DNA of 64,000 bases from positions 868,180-932,179 of the forward strand of contig JAQGDQ010000005.1 in the NCBI GenBank assembly GCA_030141605.1. Reading direction: 5' to 3'. The position numbers and the translations under genes are program-made. The DNA comes from Tubiluchus corallicola (Eukaryota > Animalia > Priapulida). Positions 12,122 to 25,500 of this stretch are shown here, one piece after another. The notes beneath the pieces were generated by a model that saw only the letters and a program-made list of their open reading frames with translations, did not search any database and had not been told where the DNA came from. Every line of letters begins with the position of its first letter. Position 1 is the first letter of the stretch.

Positions 12122-14779
12122 CATTTCTAAAGACTGCACGTAAAAATGGTAAAGCTGTATCTGTTGGCATTTTTAATGTCTGTTGAGAAAATTTTTAAAT
12201 CTTGTTTCAAGGAAACACTGCTTAGCATTAGCATGAGACTGCGAGCTACGACTAACAATTTGATTTGTAGTGTGACATACCTAGTACAAATTCAAAGTAT
12301 AACATTATATTATTTTTCTAGGGTTTTAAAGAGGGTTCTGATATTTGAAATGAATGAATGAATGTATGTTACTACACAATATTTTATTATGATTTGTTTA
12401 AAATGTTAGAAAACAAACTGAAATGTCTAAAATTAGATATGTTTAGGATGGAGATGTTTTCTAGTCTGCCTTTATTGCTTTGTTGTTAAACTTATATAGA
12501 GCACTGTTGTGTACACCGATACCAAGAAGCCACATCAAGTTTAATAAATAGAGCACATTGGGATGTGTTGTATCCATTTAGGCCTGCAAAGTTTTTACAC
12601 TACAATGACTAATTTAGGCCTACCGATTTATATTTGCTATAGTTATATCTATGTTTTTTAAATTGTTATTGTTTAATTGTAATGTATCTTTGGGCTGTAT
12701 TTGAATCGAATTTTCAGTTTTTCAGAATATTGTTACTAAATGCATTTTTTTATTTCATGTTAACAGGTTACTAATTTTACCATTTTGCTCCATAAGGTAT
12801 ATTATCCAACTTGTAATGCAAACTGGGTGTACTGTAAAAAGTTTTTCCAAAAGAAAATGGTAATTATTTTTAAAATGTTTTTCTTTCCTTGCTGATCTGT
12901 AGTTGTACTAAATTTACATTGTTTTTTTTTTGTTTATCCTTGGGTGTCATATTTCTTGTAGTCATTGATGTATGACTAGGGTTACGTTGCCCATATAATT
13001 CCCAGGCACTGAAAACATTGACATAATGTCTCATGAGAAATCAAATGCTACAAAAAGCACAAATCTTTAAACACTTTCTTGTCATTCTAGTGCACACATG
13101 TTTTTTCTTTTTACGATTGATGTTGGCATGTGAAACTATACTAAAACACATATTCTCAAAAGTGGTTTTCTTTTTATTTGTTCTCCACTGCTGCCTACTA
13201 GCTGATCCATCTTTTTGTCATTGCATTGTTTCTTTGCTACCTACCTGGTAATGGCTCATTAGTTTTTACCTGTCTCTCATTAATACATTGCCTGGTAACG
13301 TTTGTATATTTCTCTTTATAGTTGCCTAACTACAACTTGGTAATATTCAAGTTTTTTCCCACCTATTTGTCATTTTCATAGCTTTCCCATTTACCATAGC
13401 TGTTTAATTGCTGACCCAGATTCTTTCTCAAAGCATTTTACTGTTGCACGGCGGATCTCTCTTTCTCTCCATTACGGTTAATCTTGTGCTTGAGGTAACT
13501 TGTGTACCTCACTTTTTCCTGAATACGACTTGCAGCTAGTATTAATTGTTGCTCTTCAATTTTTCCCGACTGCAACTTATGACTGTACTGTATTGGTCCT
13601 CTTTCCTTGACAATTTTTCGATGCACTTATGGCCACTATGACTGATTCGGGTATCACTGCAGGAATTTCTTGGCGAGCTGCTTAATTCTGCGAATCTCCT
13701 GCAAACGTTGTTTTGATGGTGATCCATTCCTCTTTATTAGGCCTACTTTTCATTACTGTCTATCCATCAAGCATTCCTATTCACATCGCTGTCTTACTTT
13801 ACATGTTTCTAAACTATACGTAGTCTTTTTGGCTTGATGTTGACTTTTTATAATTCACGATTATAATAAACATAGTACAAAATCGGCATCCAGATGACAC
13901 CAGTGTTGTGTGTAACAAAATGTAAGCGTTGTGCTAAAAGAAGTATCGCGGATAATTCCCCCAAATCCACAGCCTCTATGGTATATAGCCCATGGCTTAC
14001 CCATTACCCTGGCTTAGCGTAAATCCTTGCCAAAATAATCTCGTTTAGTTTGTATACACAGCCATAGATCCAGCTGGCGAGCAGCGGGTTGAAACCAGCG
14101 TGTAGTAAACTTGTGTTGGAGGAAGGAGGCGAGCGAACTTCCGGAAATAGATGATTATAGCCACATGCTCATGGATGCGCCATGCGTTCTGTGGTCCGTT
14201 TTTGTAACGGCCTGTTAACTGTTACGTATAAGTTTATCATCATGATGAACTTTTTGGTGTGTTAACTTGCTTGGGGTTAAATAGTTTTTCAAGAATCAAG
14301 AGTCTATACGACACCATATTGTAATGGGAATGGATACATATCCAAAATTCGTTTCGGCGCGTGTTGTCCGCAAAGTAATCTTTTATAATCAATATTCATC
14401 AGTGCACGAATATCCTAAGTTAATGTTTGTCTGCAATTCTTTGACCGTTTTGACATCTATAATACAGACTGGCAGATACATCGCATTTACATACTGAAAT
14501 AGTTTATATGACTATACATCAGCAAAGGTAACAGACGGCGTTACAAAGCAAGAATTCCTCGAAATGGAATCTGGAACTAACTCTTAATCATTCATCCTGG
14601 GCCTGGCTATTTATTAGCTTGCCCTACCTTGCAAGTTCCTCTTCTTTCTAGCGAACTATAAAACTCCCTCTGAGACCTCTACGAAGGGCCCCTGGAACGC
14701 ATTTTTATACATGGTGTTCTAATAACTTTTGCGAAAAAATTTAAAAAAAAACGCTCTTTTTTGAACTTTTTGACGCCCT

Positions 14780-15040
14780 ACGCACCTAATTCGTCTTCTT
14801 ACTTATTTTATGGCCTGTGCCAAATTTCACCACAAAGTTTATCGGAAATCAGTTATTGCGTAAAATCATTTTAACAAACAAACTCCTTGACGGAGGTAAT
14901 CATAATTATAATCGAAACTCAAGCACTGTAGTTTTTACACTAGACTGATAACTAACTAGCAAACGAATAAACAGACACGATTATAAAGTAATATTAAACA
15001 AACGGCGTTGAAAATATAACCTCCTTGGCACAGGTAAATA
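14780..15040 (+). mobile_element. Helentron/HINE-like non-autonomous element 3' ends (two copies)
   Basis: gccaaatttcacc motif, aaac microsatellite, and the terminal hairpin motifs ACTCCTTGACGGAGGTAAT (14882) and AACCTCCTTGGCACAGGTAA (15018). Confidence 0.45.
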
Positions 15041-15644
15041 ATAATTACCCCTAACAGTAACCCTATGATTTATTGAATCTCATTTTATTGTGTGCCATTT
15101 TCTCCTATTCCATTTGTGCCCTTTTTCCTGTCCCATTTTTCTTGTGTCCTTGTTCCTGTGTCATTGTTACTGTGCAGCCTTAGCGACATATATACAGTAC
15201 TACTTGTTTAATTCACTATCTTTCTGTAATCTGATTTACTACTAACTTTAGCAAACTAGTAATTAACATGAATGGCTACTTTACTAAACCAGTAAACACT
15301 TCTACACATAATAGGCTGGTTGTTGAATATGATTACTTAGCTGAGACGTTTTAATAGTAAATGTATTAACTTTTTTACCTTTTCTGGGATTATGATTTGT
15401 GACTTGCAAGCGAGATTTTTAGTGAGGCAGTTGACAAACTATACGTGCAGAATGCAGCTTTTTATTTCTGAGTCAAATTCTTTGATTAATTATTGTGCGA
15501 GTTTCGTGTATTTTGTACTGTGTATATTAGCGATACTTACGTTGCATCAACTGCTTGTACTGGTTAATTTTTAGTATCTTCTCGTCTTAAGAGCCCGCAA
15601 AACTCTATATTGCGCCTTAACGAACATCCTCTACAGTCGTAGCG

Positions 15645-15693
15645 TCGGTCAGCGGATTCCGCCAGAAGCATCGGTCAGCGGATTCAGCCAGAA
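15645..15693. repeat. 26-bp tandem duplication
   Basis: tcggtcagcggattc(c/a)gccagaa x2. Confidence 0.8.
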
Positions 15694-16520
15694 ACTCATA
15701 GAAAAGACATGCGTTTCAGTATATGCACACTACTGTCATTGTGTAGTGGCTGCATGTCTAACTCGGGCTGTTAGAAAAAAAGAAAGCACAAAAAATCATT
15801 GAAGTAATATTTTTAATCCGGAAATTTTAGTGCTTCTTGCATGTCAAAAAATGTCTTGCATGTGTCTCGTAAAACAAAGCTCCTTTCTATTACGCATATC
15901 TTCGAAATGTACGTTTTGTAAAGTTTGTATCATTAAGGCTGTCCTAAGAATTTAACAATGCTTAACAACATTTTATTAAGTTTCGTGCATCGAGCTTCGT
16001 ATATCGGTTATATATATTTCCACATTATCGTTTTTTGAATTACAATTTAAGTTTAATTTAAAGCTGGGATATACCGTTCGCCCAGTACATATTTGCAATT
16101 CATAGGCCATACATGTCTGGGCACACAGAATCTTTACTAATTAATGTTTTAATTATTAATTTTATTTCGTTGCTATGTTACTGTGGATTTCTTTGAGCGC
16201 CGCTCGCCGTGTAATGAACCTTAACATATCAAAGCGTCATTTATTCATGTTTGGTGTTTGGTTCCACCATAACAGAATACTATTTCTTCCACGTTAATGT
16301 TATGTGCTCGTGCGTTGTTACAGAAATGAATTTCTTAACTTAATCAAATTCTTGAGTTGAAATGGCGAAAAACGAAAAACACTATTAAATCGTTAACTAC
16401 GAATTATTAAAACAACGAGTTATTGATCTAAATATATATAATAGTTATATTGTGGACAATTATGATATTCATGTGATTTCGTCACCCATTTTATAAATTC
16501 GTCCAAAATCTGTGGGAACA

Positions 16521-19500
16521 ATGGCAGAGACGGATTCGTTTCTGAGTGACATGAGCTGCCCGGAGCTGCAGGCTCTGATGTCGGATAATGATGATGACAA
16601 CAATGAAGATAATTTCTATGGCGATTTTGGAAGCGAATATGATGACACAAGTGAAAGTGAGTATGATGACGAAGATGATGACGACTCTGATGGGACACCG
16701 GTCTATCTGTCCGACGGTTCTCACAGTAATTTAGAACAAACTGATACAACTTACTCCACATTAGAAGCGTTGCAGCCAGTTAGTTCAGACAGTAGTGCAT
16801 CACAAACCAATTCCGGTAGTATTTCGTCATACACAGCATCAGATGCAACATCCACTCGAACTTCTAACACCACATCTATGCTGCCAAGTTCTGCTAAAAC
16901 GTCTTCAGGTCCTATATCCATGAAGATTAGAAGTAGTAGCGGAATAAACGGATCAAAATCTTTTTCAGTGAATACACAAAACTCATCAAATTTACATAAA
17001 ACGCGAATCCTGGAACGGAGATCAACAGTTTCGAATCTAAAAAGTGCTTATTCAATTCCTACAGCAGCTTACATTTCAGGAAAAAAAGGCACAAAGCACA
17101 ACTTCATTAAAAGTCAGAAGTTGACAGAATCCAATAAGAAAATGCTGGTGAGAAAAACAGAGAAGGGGACAAAGTCTACAACAAACAGTCAAGGTGTGTC
17201 AACAACTTCCACAATTAACAGTAAATCACAAAAATCTACGATGAATAAAATGCGTGAAATTAAATATGAACCCGAGAGAAAGGCAGATAAATACAGCAGT
17301 CTTTCGCAAAAATTGAAAAATAGTCTCGAAAATAAAGTTTCTGACAAGCTCGTGAAGAAAAAAGCATCAATTGATAATATATCAGACGGCAGAAAACCCT
17401 CAAAAGTTAAGCAACAAAAAGGTGATAGTACAAACAAGAGAGGCTCATCTTCAAAAGATACGAAACGTAAACAAAATGCCAGTGAGCTAAACATTGAAGG
17501 CACAAGTGCAGTCACCTTAAGTGAAGCTGTTGCAATTAACGCAAATGTAGAATTGGAAATGGATTCCGTGGAAATAACAAAAATTTCTGAATGCCGTAAA
17601 ACGTCAGAACACGAGTTAGTAGACCAGTCATCGCTCAATGTACCTACGACAGTTGACAAGAAAACTGATGATATAGTAACTATGGAAGAAGACGTAAAGG
17701 ATTCAATTAACTCGATCAGTGGTGCAATGATTACTGCTGCAGAACGTGCTGCTTCTTTCAAATCAAACAGCCAAATAAGCGAAAAATCAATTAAACAAAG
17801 TGCAGTTTTAAGTTCAGGTGGCAAAGATTCGGCGAAAACAAGAGAAACTGTATCAAACAGTACAGAAAATATCAGCAGGATAACAGATTTTTATGGAACA
17901 AGTCAACTATCAGATCCATTTCGCATCCCAGAAAATGACAAAGACGCAGCAAAAGACGTAGTTTTTCCAATATTGGAAAATTCATCTCACCGAATAGGTT
18001 CAGAAGTAACGATTCCTGACTCGATTCAAGATCAGGAAGAGGCTACGTCTTCGCTATTAACTTCGAAGCCACCATACTTACATAGTACCAGACGTGCAAT
18101 TGCCAAATATAATGAATCACTTGCTAATTTCGTCAAGTCAAGAACGTCGACTACGAAGCGCCGAGAAACTCCTGTAATTCCAGAGGAACAGTTTTCAGGA
18201 AGCATGCAGCATCCCCTTTCCAGAAGAAAGAAAGCGCACAATAGCACGTTTTCAATCGGAGAGTACACGCCATCTGTTGACGTCAGTTTGCCCAACGCAA
18301 AAGCTTCCGAAAGTGCATTTGAGTCTGCGATTTCACAAAGTTTTGTTGAAAAACTTAGAGGGGATTCTCCCGTTGTCATTGGATCTCGTGAAAACTCGAC
18401 CACGCCAATGCAAATGGCTTCCAAACTAACAACTAGCAAAAAGACTGAATCTTCCACCGCTATGAAGAGCATAAATCTGGAATTTCCAGAACATCATACA
18501 AAAGAAAAATCATCGTCATTTGCGTCTGGTAAGACGTCCAGGTCAATAAAAAGTAACTCTAAGCAATCATTTGCTGTTGTGTCCATGCTCTCTGCAAGTA
18601 CAGGTAACTTTCTCTAACTTTCCGTAATTTACATTATTATGCAATGAGCGTCTTATTCGATGGCGCAGAGAAATTGTACCGAAGTTTGTACACAAAGCTA
18701 AAATTCCAAAACATGATAATTACAATACAATAATTTTTGTTTGTGAAAGCTACAAGTGCATAGTTTTATAAGTTCTTAAATGATGGTCAAAAAGCTTTTG
18801 CATGTTAAAAAATTAAATGCAGGAACAATGGCAGCTATTAATAACTGAAAAAAGCCACGTTAGTGACATATAAAGCACTCAATTAGTCGCAATACATGGA
18901 GCAAAACCATAAAGGAGTCGATTAGTTTACATCGTGGTCATCAGCAGAGAAAAAAGCATTAATAAAGATTTGTTGCCAAGAAAAAAGGGGACTAGCGCAT
19001 GGACTATCGTTTACCGCTTAAAGAGATGCAAACAGAAAATATGCAATGGCCCCACAGAGAGCTGTTTAAAACAGAGTAACTAAAAGCAAAAACTTGTTGA
19101 GTGCTGCGACTAATAGCCTCTGAAAAGTCCTCTAACTACAGCAAAAACGCCTTCGTCTACAATAGTGACAAACAAAGTTTCTTCTGGCATTTGTTTGTTT
19201 GACTTGTGTCTTAAAGCATCTGTATCTTTGGGAAAATGTAAGGGAATGATTTCAAATTTTTGGTGTTTGTATGCAAGCGTCTATAACATCAGTGTGAATT
19301 TTCAGGCGATACCGTTTTCTAATAATATCGTGATTAAAACTTCGGCACGTTTTTTGCGCCACTTGATATGATAGGTTCAATCTATAGCGTGTCCTCACAG
19401 AATGCTGTTTCCTCACTAACAAGTCTAATTTTTACCATTTCTCCTTGTTGACAGACAAACAATTTTTAATGAAGATGATTATATAAAAAAGCGTTATAAT

Positions 19501-22500
19501 TATTAACTTAAGAAATTTTAAATATTAACTTATACCATAACGACAAAAACAAAGCTTTACTCAGCGTTTTAAATGCAGCTTACTTTTTTCACATAAATTC
19601 GTTAAAAATTTTCTTAAATGATATGGGAATGAATTTCCTTAATAAAAACTGTGTGCATATCAAATAATTAATACATGTAGGGAGTAAAAGATAAAGTGCA
19701 CAGAAATCTTTAACTTTCCAAATTTTGCTGGCCCAATTCGAAATTTGAGCAAGACTCTGGGATTAGTTTATTTAATTGGCGACAAAAATGTAAATCACAT
19801 GATTTATTCTAATCATGATCCACCGCAGGACATTGCATATGGCTCCCATCGCCTTGCAAGTACTGACAGTGCAGGAGTGCTAGAAACATCCACCGCCAAA
19901 ATACTAGAAATCCTAAACTTCCAATAATCATAATAACTCGAAATTTAATCAATACGAAACAAATATTATCCTGAACAGGCATACAGTAGACAAAACTAAG
20001 GCAAAGGCTGTGATTGTTCTTTGGTACTTACCGTTTTTTTCTAAACAAGCTAACTGCTAAAGGCTTCCCGAGAGTATCAGCAGGATAGAGATAAAAGTAT
20101 GTCTCGTATTTCATGGGAACAGGAAGCTTCCTGCAAGCATCGAGCATTAGTCAAATTGTCATAACACGCCTTCGCGGATATAACTCTCAGTAAATTGCCT
20201 GGTGAACTGTTTTATTGCAATAGTTTAGGCCTATCTTATTTTGGTAATACGTAGGAAAAAGTATGGATAGCTTGGATCAGGAACGGGAGAATACGAACTT
20301 CTTTTCCCGTTGTTTACCTAAAATTGAACCACATGTCAGAAGAAGTCAGGAATCGTTATCACACACTTCTTCTTGGCCATGGTTATCAGAGAAGAAGCAA
20401 GATTTACAACGCAGAAATACCTGTCATCGAATGGTGAGTTTATTTAAGGGAAAAAAACAACTTCTAGAAAGCTTAATCTTCGAACATTAACTGTGTAATT
20501 GTTTGCCAGAGATAAGAAAGTTTCCACTCTCTAAAAAAGCATCCCACCCAGAAAAGTAAACAACAGAACACTTCATGAAATGAAGAGGAAAGTATTTCTC
20601 TGCCGACAAGTCTTATTATAATTACCAGGTGATGCGCATCATTGGGAAACTGTGTTAGCAGTTAAATCCACGATGTGCCGTTACGTTGAGTATGATCTAA
20701 TTATAAACTGCTGAATAGCTAGCTATATTCATGTAGCAACAGCACATTGCAATAACTAATTGCTTACATAAGTTGTACTTATGCAGGTTGCTCCCGAATC
20801 GACTGAGACTTCACTCGGAGCTTCAAAAACTGAAGTAGTAAAACCTCCAACAGCAGTAATAGAAGAGACGCTTGTCAGTAGTGATGACGAAAGCTTAAAT
20901 CTTACAAACACCGCTCAGGTTCGTCTTAATTGCAAACAATACTTTCAAAAAAATCTTCATAATGGTATTTCTCCCTTCTTCAGTCTGCGTTGAACTTTTT
21001 AGATTGTCTTTGCTATTTTTTGATGCAGATATATTAAGACCATTTCTTTTTCTACATCGTTTCTTTGTTTGTGGTGCATAACGCCAAACTTGTCAGGACG
21101 CTATGCATAATGTAGCAAATACCAAATCTGTTTACAGTGTTGGACTCAACTGCCCACCTACTAACCAGTTATAGGACCAACAAAAACTACATGTATCTAT
21201 AAGCAGTAAGAAAGGAATACCAATGCAGTACGAAATTTCACCAATAATTGTAAATGGTAACTTGTCTTTGAAGAAGTGCCATTGAAAAAAAATTAAAAAC
21301 TGTGGTTGGGACACATTAAAGTAGCAAAGCCAGAATTTTGTTTCGGATGAAACAGTATCCTTGAAAAAGGTGTTTTTGTTTTAATAGCTTCGTAATGAAG
21401 ATCATCATTTATTTAGCTCGATCTCTTTAGATTCTCCTCGGTCCTAGCAGCAAGATTGCTTGATTGTTTGGCAAAACTCTACCTTGCGCAAAGGTCTCTC
21501 GGACAAAAGCTTGTTCAGTTTTTCATCTTTCCTGTTGGCTAACTGTAAATGTCGCCGAATTATTCTAGTTTTTTTTTATTATCACGAACGGTATTACCTG
21601 CCAACTCTAAAACTTCAGTAGCCAAATATTTCATTACTGCTAGAAGATAAACAAGATTTCCAAAGCCAAGTCTCTCTGCATTGCCATAGCGAATACTGTA
21701 GGTACGTCCTACATGAAATTGTAAATCTGTACGGTCTTTTGCCTTTGCTCTAACTTTACCTCCTTTTCTTTTGCCATACATGGTATCTTTGGTGATTTAA
21801 TACAATGAAAGAACTTTTAGCAATAAAAAAGAAAAAAGGCTTATGCGCTCATTTCGCTTTTCAATCATTCTCAGCGTATAAGCGAGTCATGAAAGTTTTC
21901 ATGTCAAAGTATCAAATCATCTTATTGAAAGAAGTTTTCGTACGACTTGGCGTTGGAGAAAGAAACAATGTCTGCTAAACTAAACGGTAAAGCTACGAAG
22001 AAACTCAGAAAAGAACAATACAGATAAGAAGAAAGGAAAGTTACAGCATTTACTTCTAAAAATGTGCTGAATGACTGGAATCTCTAGCTAAGCAGTGAGC
22101 ATCATGAACAGCTTTGTTAATGATTTGTTTGAGAGAAGCGTTCCACCATCACAAGCAGAGAAGTCCAGACTGCTATCCATCTCCTTGGAAAAGAATTGGC
22201 TAAGCACGCTGTGAGCGACGGAACGAAAGAAGTGAATAAGTACAACTGCTCCAAGTAACCTGTTGAAAATATTCTACTAATACAACCAACCGGCCCATTT
22301 CAGGGCCACCATGGCTTTCAGAAACAAAATTCTGTTTATGCTACATAGGCTGTCTATTTTATTTAAAACCATTTACAACACTGACCTTTAACTAAACAGC
22401 TAATAAAGTTTAGTATTACATCGTTTATGGTAACTATATCACATTATTTGCATATGTTACATTTCTTTTTTCAATCCCGACTTCATCATTTTGTTATTTC

Positions 22501-25500
22501 ACTTACATGCACTCAATAACTTTCAGGATTTAAGTCAATTACACGTGAAAGAAATTGATCGTGTTGCTACACCAATGTCTCTTTTATCTGTGAGTCCTCC
22601 TGCAAGTGAAAGAGAGGGCTCACGGCGGAGTTCTCATCGGAGAAGAAAAAGGGTTTCTAAAAAACATAAGTCATCAGCAAAGTCAACTCGAAGTGGTAAA
22701 CCTGCATGGGCTAAGGCTCCTAAAGGCGGAAACATCACTACAAGAAAGTTAGTACTGGTATTATCATTCTTAGAATTATTTTTTGATTGCTAAGTTGAGA
22801 TCATACGATTTATCATGAATTGAAATTCCACCAAACCAGATTTAGTTTTACAGCACAAACACAACCAGTATAAGACCTAACATACATGTACAAAAAGTGG
22901 TGCACTTAACGTTACGACAAATAGTCAAAACAAGGAAGCCAAGCGTGCATAAAAGCAAGCATAATGCAAATGTAGTACTTCAAATGCACTTAAAAATCCC
23001 ATGATGCAGATGAAACTAGCACAAATTTTACAGAAAAAAGAATTCAAACTAGAAAATTTGATTAGAGGTAACTGTACTGAATTTTGTAATTTTAATTCTT
23101 TTCCCGTTTGATTTTTGCTGTTTTTTTCGGCATCGTGTGTATTAGAACTAATAGTGCTATATAATGCTTGTTTTTTTATGCTTGGATTTCTTCGTTTTAA
23201 TAATTTTTCTGCTTGATTTATTAGTCTTACTTATGTTAAATCTTAATGATAACTTAGCCATTCTATGCTTGTGTATCATAGGAATTATATTGGTTTTATT
23301 TATGTTAAAATGATAATTATGATTTGGCCCTATTTTTATATCAATGGGCCGTTAATACAGTGTGTTGATTCCTAGGTGGCTCTTTCGTGCACTTGTAGGC
23401 CTGTATAATAGAATAATTGTTTTTGTGTTATCATAATTAGTTATCTTACAATTATTGACGGAAAGGTATATGTTACTATATGTAAGCAGATTAGTGCTGC
23501 CTCAAATGTTCGATTAAACTCTTTAAGTTTCAAGGTTTTTGGATTTAACATTACTAGATTCCTAAATGCTTTGTTACAGAGACACCGAAAGAAAGGAAGA
23601 CAGTCCTCAAACAGAAAAAAGCGCTAGAAGAGTTAAAAGTGCCGAGACAGAAACAGGTTGTGGAAAATAAGCCTATTTCACATAGTTCTTGTACATGCAG
23701 AATTATTTATGGCTGCAATTCTGAAGCAAAGTCTCTCATCAACGGTTTTTTTGTTTTTGTTTTGGGGAGCCACCTGCGAGTTGAAATTACAAATTCACGT
23801 AACAAGTTTATTTTTTAAAGCTAAGACGTTAAACGTAAATTTACTTAGATAATCAATAGGTTAATTATATGGGCTGTACATTTTTCAGAATTTCGACCAA
23901 AAAAAGCTCTTCCTAAGAACGCTTTCATAATAACACACCGTCAACTTGATGCTGAAATTGTAAGTTGATATACAATTTATGCAATTTTATATAGGTGCTG
24001 CTTCAATTGGGTAAAATAAGGAGTACCGAGGTGCTCAAATTAATCTCTCATCTCATTTCGTTGTAGTTTTCATAAACCTCGTCACTCACCCTATCGTTAC
24101 AAGTTCATGTCACATCACATCAAATCTCAACACCATCCTTCTACCCCTATATTTTAAAACCATTTAAAATTTTGATAGACTGGTTAACCAACAATTATTT
24201 TTCACCCATTTCTGTCAAAAGAATTTATAAATGATATCGTTTTTCCCTGAAAGCTTTTAATATAGGTTTTCCTGTTAGCCAATCGGTGTAATTGTGATTT
24301 TAATGCGTTTATTCGTTAGCTTGTGTCATGTATAATGTCATGACCATCAATAAAAGGTCGTCGTGCTCCCCAGATCTTAGACCTGATGTCGTATCTGCGT
24401 GTAACGGTATATTTGTTTTAGACCTTTAATGTTAATAATTTAAAATGTTGCCGAACTTTACAGGATATGACGTGTCCAAAGGTCAAACAGTGTACTTACA
24501 TTCACGAGCAACTTATACGTAAAGGACTCAATCAGTCGCTTCAGTCGCTTGTTAGGTAAGATTTATAAATACACTTTGAAACAAACTACATTTGCAAGTT
24601 TTTTATGTAAAACAACAAAATATTTCTTAACGTTTTTTCTGAAATTCGCTATACCTTGATCACAAGTGGTTGTGTGGCCTGATTATGCTATTCAGTGCAT
24701 TCGACTTGCCTCTGATTTAAATTTCGTCTTTTTCATATTTCCTTTCATTGACCAATTTTTATTTCAAAAAGTTACTAAGTACGGATCTGTTCTTCGTTTT
24801 TATAAAACTTGATAGATTTAACAATTTTGAAACTCATCGAGCATAAATCTTTCACTTTGAGTTAGGTATCTTGCCAAATACCTGGCATACCTGGATGCTA
24901 GTAACAATAATTTTTTTCTCATTCTCACTATTAAGCGGAAATGCGTGTGAAAGTGAGCGGTATAAAGCGGTCCAAGGCGAGTATGACGCCATTCTGTACC
25001 TAATTCGAACCTTAATAACATAGTCTCGAAATAAACGCTAGCTCCTTTGGCGATGTAAAAAGGAAGAACAAGCAGAAAATACGCACATAACTACATTAAA
25101 GGGACCGGCTCTAAGTAGAGTGACACCCTAACAAAAGTATTTTGCGAACTTCGATTCTGTAGGTTTATCTGTCATAGTTATAGGTTTGCATAGTTAGATA
25201 AATGCTATTGGAAGAATTTTTTTATGCAGACTTCGATTCTTATTTGTTTATCTGCCATAATTAGATAAATGCTATTGTAAGAAATTTTTTATTAACGGAG
25301 GCCGTAAGGGTAATTCTATAAGAACTCATAAAAACTGCCAGTAAAACAGAGTAACGCGACGGTAGCGTCTGAGCGAAACAACTTAGGAAATCACGAAACA
25401 AAAAATGGGAAGATGTTTTGCAGCGAGAAGACACTTGCTGGTATTCATTTCGACAGTAAAATAACGCAACTTGTTCGCTTCATTTAATACGTGTTATGCA

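Noticed and set aside
13430-13740. Possible coding exon on the minus strand
   Set aside because: Short ORFs broken in all frames; most likely a LINE remnant, too degraded to classify.
17189-18472. Antisense ORFs of 211 aa and 146 aa
   Set aside because: They are shadows of the long plus-strand exon, with no independent motif or splice support.
21560-21781. Novel short H2A variant (73-aa ORF)
   Set aside because: H2A homology continues past the stop in other frames and the partner H2B is equally decayed, so this is a pseudogene.
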